A stretch of DNA of 32,000 nt from Candidatus Nanoarchaeia archaeon. GTDB lineage: Archaea; Nanobdellota; Nanobdellia; Woesearchaeales; JANQNC01. The notes under the pieces were generated by a model, which worked only from the letters and a program-made list of their open reading frames with translations, had not been told where the DNA came from and did not search any database. Each line of letters begins with the position of its first letter. Position 1 is the stretch's first letter. Shown one piece after another: positions 14,992 to 23,400 of the stretch. The position numbers were made by a program, and so were the translations under genes. The stretch lies in assembly GCA_028279745.1 (NCBI GenBank), contig JANQNC010000001.1, positions 1,170,001 to 1,202,000 on the forward strand, read 5' to 3'.

Positions 14992-15615
14992 TTATAAGAA
15001 ACTTAGGTAGTCAAGCTTGTTAGCAAAAGCATCAGTCCTAGGTTCATAATGTTTCAATACAGTAACAACATCCCATAATCCTGTAACAAAAGATTCTCTT
15101 TGGCCTTCTGGTATGTTGAACTTAACCTTTTGGTTGCCGTAAGTTAACATTTTCTTTTTTAGATCTATGTCTAGCTGAGATTTAGGGTTTTGTGTCACAT
15201 AATCTACAACCTTAGCGAGTTCTTCATTAGACACTGTAACTCCTGGCACGCCTAAACTTGCGCAGTTGCCCCAAAAGATTTCAGCCATGCTTTCTCCTGC
15301 AACAATGGCGTCAATACCAAACCTATGCAAACCTTGAGGTGCATGCTCTCTTGATGAACCACATCCAAAGTTTTCACCTGCAAGAAGGATATTAGCTCCT
15401 TTGTAATTTGGATCATTAAAAGGATGCTCCTTTACTTCCTTACCGTCCTTATACCTCTCATCAATAAAAACATAGTTCCCCATGTTAGAGAAAGTTATCT
15501 CTTTCAAGAACCTAGCAGGGAGAATATCGTCGGTGTTTAAGTTAGGTTGTGGTTTGGGAATACCTGTGCCTTTAATCCCAACTATCATATTTTCTTTTAT
15601 CACTAATTTTTTCAT
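14992..15615 (-). CDS. leuD: 3-isopropylmalate dehydratase small subunit, long bacterial-type
   Basis: GENFGCGSSREHAPQGL signature. 207 aa. Lies immediately downstream of leuC. Confidence 0.9.
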   Translation of the reverse strand: MKKLVIKENMIVGIKGTGIPKPQPNLNTDDILPARFLKEITFSNMGNYVFIDERYKDGKEVKEHPFNDPNYKGANILLAGENFGCGSSREHAPQGLHRFGIDAIVAGESMAEIFWGNCASLGVPGVTVSNEELAKVVDYVTQNPKSQLDIDLKKKMLTYGNQKVKFNIPEGQRESFVTGLWDVVTVLKHYEPRTDAFANKLDYLSFL

Positions 15616-15616
15616 C

Positions 15617-17029
15617 TTACCACCTCATTAAGTAAGGTCTAGGATCTGCAATCCTTCCTTCAATAGCGCTTGAAGCAACACCTGCAGGACTCATCAAGTG
15701 AGTTCTGGTTTCTTGACCTTGTCTTCCTTTGAAAGGTCTGTTAGATGTTGATGCTGTAACATTATATCCTTCTAACGTGTCAGGACTCATAGCCAAACAC
15801 ATTGAACAACCAGGATTTCTCCACTCTGCACCAGCCCGTTTGAATATTAAATCAAGACCAAGCATTTCAGCTTCATACTTGACTTGTTCTGAACCTGGCA
15901 CAACCAGTGTTTTAACCTTAACTTTGTTTCCTTCAAGAACCTTTGCTGCATCTTCTAAATCACTTAATCTGCCGTTTGTACATGAGCCGATAAATGCCAC
16001 ATTAATCTCTATGTCATTTACGTTCTGTCCTGGGATCAGGTTCATATAAGAACAAGAGTCAAGCGCTTCATACGGATCTATAAGTCCAAGGCCATCCTTG
16101 GTGCAAGGAACAATTTGGTTGACCGCAACTGCCTGATCAGGTGAAGTTCCCCATGTAACCATTGGTTCAACAGCTGAACTGTTTATTGTGACTTCAGAGT
16201 CATATTCTGCATCTTTATTTGAAGCAACTTTTCTCCAGCTTTGTACAGCTTTTCTGAAATCTTGTTTTGGAGCGAATTCTCTTCCAAGAAGATATTTGAA
16301 AGTTGTATCGTCAGGATTTACATAACAAACTCTTGCACCACCTTCAATTCCCATGTTGCACATAGTCATCCTTTCTTCCATACTCATGTTGTCAACCGTA
16401 CTTCCGCTTAGTTCATAAGCAAAACCATTTCCACCTTTAACAGTCAGTTTGTTAATGGTGTAAAGGATAAGATCTTTAGCACTAACTCCTGCTTGTAAGT
16501 TTCCTTCGAAGTTAATCCTTTTAACTTTCAGCTTATCTTTTTTAGGATCTAAAGCTAAAGTTTGAGTTGCAAGAAGGTCTCTAACTTGAGTTGTTCCAAT
16601 TCCTAGATAGATACTTCCGAAAGCACCATGGGTTGCTGTGTGTGAGTCACCACAAGCACCTGTTTGACCGGGCCAGATAATCCCTTTTTCAGGGAACACA
16701 ACATGACAAACACCTTGTCCTTTGCCAGGACCAAAATAAGTTATCTTGGCTTGTTTTACGTTGCTCTCCAAAGTAGCAGTCATAAGCTCTGCCTTTTTAT
16801 CTTTGAAAGGCCGAGTTCTGCATTTTGTGGGTATAACGTGATCCAAGATTGCATAAGTAAGATCTGGTCTTTTAACTTTGATCTTTCTTTCTCTAAGTTC
16901 TTCAAAAGCCTGAGGGCTTGTAACTTCATGCATCAGATGTCTTCCAATAAAGAACTGAACTCTTCCATCAGGCAGTTTCCCAACAACGTGTTTTTTCCAA
17001 ACTTTATCATATAGTGTTCCTTTTGACAT
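15617..17029 (-). CDS. leuC: 3-isopropylmalate dehydratase large subunit, long bacterial-type
   Basis: The N-terminus TLYDKVWKKHVV, plus CGDSHTATHGAFG, IGSCTNGRLSDL and GCSMCLAMSPD (Fe-S cluster Cys ligands), are all as in bacterial LeuC. 470 aa. Confidence 0.95.
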   Translation of the reverse strand: MSKGTLYDKVWKKHVVGKLPDGRVQFFIGRHLMHEVTSPQAFEELRERKIKVKRPDLTYAILDHVIPTKCRTRPFKDKKAELMTATLESNVKQAKITYFGPGKGQGVCHVVFPEKGIIWPGQTGACGDSHTATHGAFGSIYLGIGTTQVRDLLATQTLALDPKKDKLKVKRINFEGNLQAGVSAKDLILYTINKLTVKGGNGFAYELSGSTVDNMSMEERMTMCNMGIEGGARVCYVNPDDTTFKYLLGREFAPKQDFRKAVQSWRKVASNKDAEYDSEVTINSSAVEPMVTWGTSPDQAVAVNQIVPCTKDGLGLIDPYEALDSCSYMNLIPGQNVNDIEINVAFIGSCTNGRLSDLEDAAKVLEGNKVKVKTLVVPGSEQVKYEAEMLGLDLIFKRAGAEWRNPGCSMCLAMSPDTLEGYNVTASTSNRPFKGRQGQETRTHLMSPAGVASSAIEGRIADPRPYLMRW

Positions 17030-17035
17030 TTTAAT

Positions 17036-18148
17036 TTACCTCTTAACTGATTCGCACACTTGGTCAACAAGAGTGTCGAGACTTTTTGTAGCGTATTCTT
17101 TGTCTCTTAAGTTAGCTAAGACAGCTTCTTTAATTGCGTCAGCAGCCTTAACTTCTTTGGACTGTTCAAGCATCATCGCATAAGACAACAATGCGGCTTC
17201 AGGTTTTACCAATTGAACTTTTTCAGGTACGAATGTGTCAGGTATATATTCTGAGCCGTCCATCTCAAACCATTTATCCGGAGCAGTTCCGTGAATAGGT
17301 TCAAACATTGAAGGGAATGTACCTGTCGGATTTAAATTTCCTGATACTGCAGTTCCCATACCTCCTTGAATCACAGCTCCAAGATCAGTTGTGATATCGC
17401 CAAACATATTTTCAGTAATAACAACGTCAAATTGTTCTGGCTTTAAAACCATCTGCATGATAAAAGCGTCAATGTGCATATAGCTTATATTCAAGTCATC
17501 TTTTTGTTTGTACTCTTCGAAAACTCTTGACCAAGGACTTGCTGCATATGTAAGAACATTGTTTTTGAAAACAAAATGAAGTTCTGGCTTGTCTCCTTTC
17601 TTTCTAGCTCTTGCTCGCTCTTCAGCAAACTCAGCTAACCTCTTAACACCTTTGTAGCTGCAGTGCATCTCTTGAATGCCAACTTCATCATCAGTTCCAG
17701 CATTTTTAACTTCACCTTTAGCGACATAAAGTCCTTCTGAGTTTTCTCTGCAAATCTCAAAATTGATGTGTCTGTAATCTTTTCCAACAATGATTGAAGG
17801 AACGCCTTCAGGTAATACTACAGGTCTTAGATTAACGTACTGATCAAACTCTTGTCTTATCTTAAGCAAAATTCCAATCTCTAAAATTCCTGGCTTGATC
17901 TTTGTAGGGTCGCCAATAGCGCCTAAAAATATTTGGTCATATTGTTTAAGTTCATTAAGCTCGGAGTCTCTTAACTCTTTGATATCATGTTTTAAGAAAT
18001 ATGCTGCGTCATAATTAAAAATTTCATGTTTTACTGGCAATGTTAACTTATCTTGTACTGCATCAGCAACTTTCAGTGCAGCATCTGTAACAGTAATTCC
18101 GTTCAAGTCACCGGGGATCACTGCAAAATTGTGGTAGTCTTTTTCCAT
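17036..18148 (-). CDS. leuB: beta-decarboxylating dehydrogenase family protein: 3-isopropylmalate dehydrogenase by operon context, with motifs closer to the tartrate/homoisocitrate dehydrogenase branch
   Basis: FLGAIGDP, YVNLRPV, CRENSEGLY and NMFGDITTDLGAVIQGGMGTAVSGNLNP. GGAGG Shine-Dalgarno motif before the ATG. First gene of a tight leuB-leuC-leuD operon. Confidence 0.75.
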   Translation of the reverse strand: MEKDYHNFAVIPGDLNGITVTDAALKVADAVQDKLTLPVKHEIFNYDAAYFLKHDIKELRDSELNELKQYDQIFLGAIGDPTKIKPGILEIGILLKIRQEFDQYVNLRPVVLPEGVPSIIVGKDYRHINFEICRENSEGLYVAKGEVKNAGTDDEVGIQEMHCSYKGVKRLAEFAEERARARKKGDKPELHFVFKNNVLTYAASPWSRVFEEYKQKDDLNISYMHIDAFIMQMVLKPEQFDVVITENMFGDITTDLGAVIQGGMGTAVSGNLNPTGTFPSMFEPIHGTAPDKWFEMDGSEYIPDTFVPEKVQLVKPEAALLSYAMMLEQSKEVKAADAIKEAVLANLRDKEYATKSLDTLVDQVCESVKR

Positions 18149-18200
18149 TCTCGTTTCCTCCTCTATTTAGAACCTCTTTTTCAGGCAGAAAAGGAGCAGC

Positions 18201-18211
18201 TTATATATAAA
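18201..18211 (-). promoter_or_regulatory. candidate TATA box (TTTATATATAA on the minus strand) for the leuBCD operon
   Basis: Lies about 55-60 nt upstream of the ATG at 18148, with a GGAGG SD in between. Confidence 0.35.
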
Positions 18212-18242
18212 CATTCACAGTTGTTTTTAAAAGAAAAAGTTA

Positions 18243-18569
18243 TTATTTCTTGAGCTTGACTGCAGTTCCGTAAGCAAGCATTTCAGAAGCGCCCTGCATT
18301 ATCATTGATGTTGTAAACCTGACACCTATTACTGCATCTGCGCCTTTGTCTATAGCATCATTAACCATCCTATTGTAAGCTTCTTCTCTTGCATTTTTTG
18401 TCATGTCGGTATAGGTTTTAACTTCTCCACCTATGATGCTTTTGAATCCTGCACCTATATCTCTGCCAATGTTTCTTGCTCTTACTGTGCTGCCTTGAAC
18501 AACCCCTATAGTTTTAACGATAGTCTCTCCAGGAATATCATTTCCAGTTGTAACGATTAATTCTGCCAT
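18243..18569 (-). CDS. YbjQ/UPF0145 family protein
   Basis: IVTTGNDIPG...VVQGSTVRARNIGRDIGAGFKSIIGGE...Y...AR.EA...M...A...GADAVIGVRF is the classic UPF0145 pattern. 108 aa. Confidence 0.9.
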   Translation of the reverse strand: MAELIVTTGNDIPGETIVKTIGVVQGSTVRARNIGRDIGAGFKSIIGGEVKTYTDMTKNAREEAYNRMVNDAIDKGADAVIGVRFTTSMIMQGASEMLAYGTAVKLKK

Positions 18570-18570
18570 T

Positions 18571-18759
18571 TTATTTCTTACCTCGCTTTTTTATTTTTTC
18601 AATCTTATCTTCTTTTTTGTTGAATAGAATGAATGCTCCTACGATTAACATAGGGATACCATAAATTAATGTAACATAAATAAAAATACCTAGGATGGTA
18701 AGAACTAATCCTAAAACGATCATAGTGATTCCAGTTATTGTTCTGCTTGTCGTATTCAT
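18571..18759 (-). CDS. small two-TM membrane protein (hypothetical)
   Basis: 62 aa with two hydrophobic helices and a Lys-rich C-terminus. Only 1 nt separates it from ybjQ-like downstream. Confidence 0.5.
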   Translation of the reverse strand: MNTTSRTITGITMIVLGLVLTILGIFIYVTLIYGIPMLIVGAFILFNKKEDKIEKIKKRGKK

Positions 18760-18792
18760 GATTTGGTTGTGTTAAACTGAATATATAAATCT

Positions 18793-20328
18793 TTAGAAAT
18801 CACCGATCTTCTGCTGGCCTTTGGCTTGATCTTTAACACTTGCTTTGTCTTTGACTTTGATCCCAACTTGTTCCTTGATAGAGATTGCAACAGCTCTGCC
18901 GATTAAGTTTGCAAGTTTTTGCAAGTCTGCCTTTTTTACATGACCCAAATCTTTAATCTTATTGTTGAAAAGCTTTCTAGCTCTAACTCTGCCAACACCT
19001 TTTAACCTTAGTAAAGGCAGTAGTTCTTCTTTGACTCCATTCTTTAATCTTAATCTTAACTTGTTTAGTTCTGGAACAACTCCTCTTAAGTTTAAGATCT
19101 TAGAAAGTTCAACACAACCATAACAAAGCCAGTCTGCATTATCTATTTTTACTCTTAACTCTCCAGGTCTAACATCATAAGTTTCTAAAAGGTATTCTTC
19201 ATCCTTTTCCTCTATCCAATCATTAAGCATCAATGATGTCTTGAAAGCGCTGATAAAATAAGAGTATTCATCATCATAGCTGTTAGGTTCTTTTTCTAAA
19301 AGTTCATCGGTGTGTTCTGCAAGCTGATTTTCAATAATGCCCCACTCTTTTGTTTTTACTCTTAGTAAAGGCCGCATCTCTCCAGTCCTGCAAAGCATAT
19401 GTATAAGTGCAATAGGTTTTGGTTTAACTGCATTAGTTAAAGAGGTTGTGAACCTGTTAGCAGAAACAGGATCAAGATATAACTCACTAACTCTTCTTCC
19501 AAGTCTTGTGGCTTTAAGCTTGTTATCTTCTAGCTCTGCAGCAGAAACAAATTCATCTGTTGTTGAAGACTCTATAAACTTGAAGCTAGATAAAAGACCA
19601 ATCATGTTGTTAAGGATAGATTCAATTCTTTGCATATCTCCAAACTGGTGTGCATAGAATGTTTTTGAAAAGAATTTTAGTAAATCTTTCTTGTCTTTTA
19701 CAAATCCAGATGATACAAGTGAAAGGATAGCAGTTCTTAAGACTGGTTCAACTGCCAATTTAGAATAAATTTCTTCAGGTTGTCCGTGAACATACCTTTC
19801 AATAATCTCGTCGGCTTGATCGCGATCAGAAGTAATACTGATAGCTTCACCAAAAGTTTCTTTACCAGGACGTCCAGCCCTGCCAGTCATCTGATGGTAC
19901 TCAAGAACAGGAATCCAATCCATGCCATAGTTTCCAAAACGCTTGAGGTCTTTCATGACAGATCTGAAAGCAGGCAAGTCAACACCTGCAGCTAAGGTTG
20001 GAGTGCAACAAATTATTTTTATTGTTCCGTCCCTAAACGCGTCTTCTATTAGTGTCTTTTGTTTTTGAGCAAGTCCTGCGTGATGGAAAGCAATGCCTTT
20101 CTTAATACATCTTGACAGACGTTCACACTGTTTAGTTGGGTGAGATAACGCTTTTAAAACTTTTTCAGAAAGATCGTTAAGTTTAGCACTGATTAAGTCA
20201 GTTTTCTTACTGATATCTTCAGCCTGCTTCTCTGCACCACGTTTGCTATTGATAAAAACTAAAGCCTGTTTTCTAATTTTGATGGTGTCTAAAGCTATGT
20301 TGATTACATCATCTCCAGATTTTGCCAT
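18793..20328 (-). CDS. hel308: Ski2-like/Hel308-type helicase lacking the N-terminal RecA1 domain (RecA2 + winged-helix + ratchet + HhH domains only); split gene or pseudogene remnant
   Basis: The ORF starts just before motif IV (QALVFINSKRGAEK). Motif V (TPTLAAGVDLPA) and motif VI (HQMTGRAGRPG) follow, with a C-terminal HhH (GVGRVRARKLF). There is no Walker A or DExH anywhere in the ORF, and stop codons occur in all frames of the 111-nt upstream spacer. Confidence 0.85.
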   Translation of the reverse strand: MAKSGDDVINIALDTIKIRKQALVFINSKRGAEKQAEDISKKTDLISAKLNDLSEKVLKALSHPTKQCERLSRCIKKGIAFHHAGLAQKQKTLIEDAFRDGTIKIICCTPTLAAGVDLPAFRSVMKDLKRFGNYGMDWIPVLEYHQMTGRAGRPGKETFGEAISITSDRDQADEIIERYVHGQPEEIYSKLAVEPVLRTAILSLVSSGFVKDKKDLLKFFSKTFYAHQFGDMQRIESILNNMIGLLSSFKFIESSTTDEFVSAAELEDNKLKATRLGRRVSELYLDPVSANRFTTSLTNAVKPKPIALIHMLCRTGEMRPLLRVKTKEWGIIENQLAEHTDELLEKEPNSYDDEYSYFISAFKTSLMLNDWIEEKDEEYLLETYDVRPGELRVKIDNADWLCYGCVELSKILNLRGVVPELNKLRLRLKNGVKEELLPLLRLKGVGRVRARKLFNNKIKDLGHVKKADLQKLANLIGRAVAISIKEQVGIKVKDKASVKDQAKGQQKIGDF

Positions 20329-20442
20329 TTTGTCAAAAAAAGAGAAGGTTGTTTAAAACACTTTTGTCTCGGAAATTGTATATTCAAAAAGGAAACCTTT
20401 TTAAAGGAAAAAACTGAGTTTAGTGGTTAAGGGGGTTGTTTG

Positions 20443-23400
20443 ATGAAACTAAGCAAGGTCTTTCTAAAAGAGACCGTAATTGGGATGTCAGTAATACTGT
20501 TTGCATTACTTGTTGTACTAATTGCAGGGCCTCAAGATGGGCTGACTGGACATGCTGTTTATGAAGAATGTCAAAACTGCACCTCCGTAAATTCTTTAGA
20601 GATGAAGTATTTGGGTGAAGCTGAGGATGAAGTGGCTTATGTTTATTCTATGCAGGGTGTTGATGAGTATACAATAGACGAAGATGGAATGTTTACAGTC
20701 GTTGATGTATATGATGAGATGATAGTCTCAGTCGGAGATGTTAATGAAACAATCAATGCATCGTGTGGAAGTTCTTTAGAAAGTGGAGATGAGTTTGGAG
20801 AGCTGGTCATCGAGAGTGTTGATACAGGAGTAGAGGAAGTTTGTGAGCTAATTGAGATCCCAGATGAAAATGAAACAAACGAAACAGTTGGTCTGAATGT
20901 TACTTTGAATGAGACAATCGTTAATGAAACAATAAATGAAACTTTTGTGAATGAAACCATTAATGAAACTGTAAATGAAACTGTAGAGATAAATGTTACA
21001 ATTAATGAAACTAATCAAACTGTTGAGGTAAATGTTACTGTCAATGAAACTAATCAAACAATAAATGAAACGGCTGAAGAAAATACAACTGATGATTATG
21101 GATCTTTCTCTTATTGTCTAGACAAAGATAATGATGGATATTATGTAACAAACACATCTGCATGTGAAACCTTTATCGTTGTGGAGAATGACGGAAATGT
21201 GATTGCACCAGCAGGCTTTATGGAAGTTAAGGTAATGGCTGCAGAAATAACCTATGGAGCAACAGGACCAGAGATAGATGTATACGTGAAACTTATCGAA
21301 GACGGAGACTACACAACCTTATTTGGTGGAGTGGATGTAGATGGAAATGAAGCGTATAACAAAACACTAACATCAGAAACAGAGATAGCAATAGAAGGAA
21401 GAGCAAAATATGGAAGAAGATTCGACAGAACATACAGATCAGACACAGGAAGCGATCATGTAGAAGTATTGATGGATGGAGACGATCTTCCAGATTATGC
21501 GCCATTTGGAAATCAAGATTCTTTATCGACTATAATTGCGCCATTCGTAGATGAAAATAATAAGATAGACATAGATGTCAACCAAGTATTATTCTTATTC
21601 GAGTTTGCAACACTAAACACCGATGCGGCAGACTTCCAAGACTTAGTAGTATTATTAACATTTGAACCAGACGACTTTCCTTGCGAGTGTGGTGAGTTTG
21701 ATTGTGACGAGAATGATCCAAACATAAACCCTGGTGCCGCAGAAATATGTGACGGGATAGACAACGATTGTGACTTTTTTGCAGATGAAGAATTTGATGA
21801 TGACGGAGACGGATTTACTGTGTGTGGAGGAGACTGTAATGATAATGATGTTAACATAAATCCAAACGCAACTGAAATATGCAACTTCTTAGATGATGAC
21901 TGCGATGGAGAAATAGATGAAGGATTTGACTTAGATAATGATGGGTTTACAACATGCGGAGGAGATTGTGATGATAACAATTCAGAAGTAAACCCAGACG
22001 CTACAGAAATATGCGACGATGAAATTGACAATGATTGTAATGGTGATGTGGATTTTGAAGATGATGAATGTGCAAACATTTTACCAACAGCATCAATCAT
22101 AAGTCCTCTGTCAGGAAGTAACTTCAAACTAAACGAACAGATAGTATTCTCAGGAATCGGTACAGATAGTGATGGAACAGTTGTAAGTTACTCATGGGCA
22201 TCTAACGTTGACGGAACATTTGGAAGCAATGGAACTGTAACACACTCAGGACTTTCAATAGGAACACACGTAATCACACTGACTGTTACAGATGATCGAG
22301 GAGGACAGACAACAGATACAGTAACAATCACAATACTTGCTTTAAATTCACCAACAGCATCAATAATATCTCCTGCAGATGGATCAGACTTCAAACACAC
22401 AAACGAAATAACATTCTCAGGATTAGGAGATGATACAGACGGAACAATTGTAGGTTACTCTTGGGAGTCAAACGTAGATGGGGTATTGAATGATTCGTCC
22501 TTATTTACAACAAATGCATTAAGTGTGGGCATACATACAATAACATTCACAGTAGAAGATGATGATGGACTAACAGATGTAGATGAGATCACAATAACAG
22601 TAAAAGAGTTAGAGGCACCAACAGCTTCAATACTTTCACCTAACGATGGAGATGATTTCAAAGACGGAGACAATGTGTTGTTTTCGGGAACAGGATCAGA
22701 TACTGATGGAAGTGTTGTAAGTTACCAATGGTCATCAAGCATCGATGGTTTGATAGGAAACACAACATCATTCTCAACAACAGACTTGACAGTAGGATTA
22801 CATGAGATTGTACTAGTTGTAGTGGATGATGATGGATTAAATGATACAGACAGCATAGAGATTGAGGTAAAAGCATTGCGAGCACCTACAGCATCAATCA
22901 TATCGCCTAATGACGGAGACCATTACAAAGAAGCAGATAACATACTGTTTAGCGGAACTGGAAGTGATCCAGATGGTTATATCACAAAATGGTATTGGAG
23001 TTCTAGCGTTGATGGCTTGTTTAAAGAACAAACTGGAGGAAATGCAAGCACATTCTTCTATGACTCACTAAGTTTAGGAACACACGATATTACTCTGACA
23101 GTTGTAGACAATGATGGGTTACAATATGTTGATACATTTACAGTAACAATTGATGTAAACCCATTATTTGCACCAACCGCATCAATCATAACGCCACTGG
23201 ATGGAGTAGTATTCAGAGAAGGAGAAGTTATTGTCTTTAGTGGATATGGAGATGACATAAACGGAAATGTGACAGACTATGATTGGGTTTCAAGTTTAGA
23301 TGGAAGCATTGGAAGCGATATGACATTTACACATTCTAGTCTAAGTTTAGGAGAGCATGATATAACACTAATTGTTACAGACGATGACGGGCAAACAGGA

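Noticed and set aside
12179-19995. Other short overlapping ORFs in the middle region (12179..12478, 13699..13884, 13987..14238, 14714..14938, 15729..16049, 16664..17014, 18053..18253, 19337..19657, 19780..19995)
   Set aside because: Each overlaps a better-supported gene on the other strand. For 14714..14938 versus 14689..14931, the minus-strand ORF wins: it has an upstream TATA box, ATGA coupling to the next gene, and a signal-anchor/TM layout.
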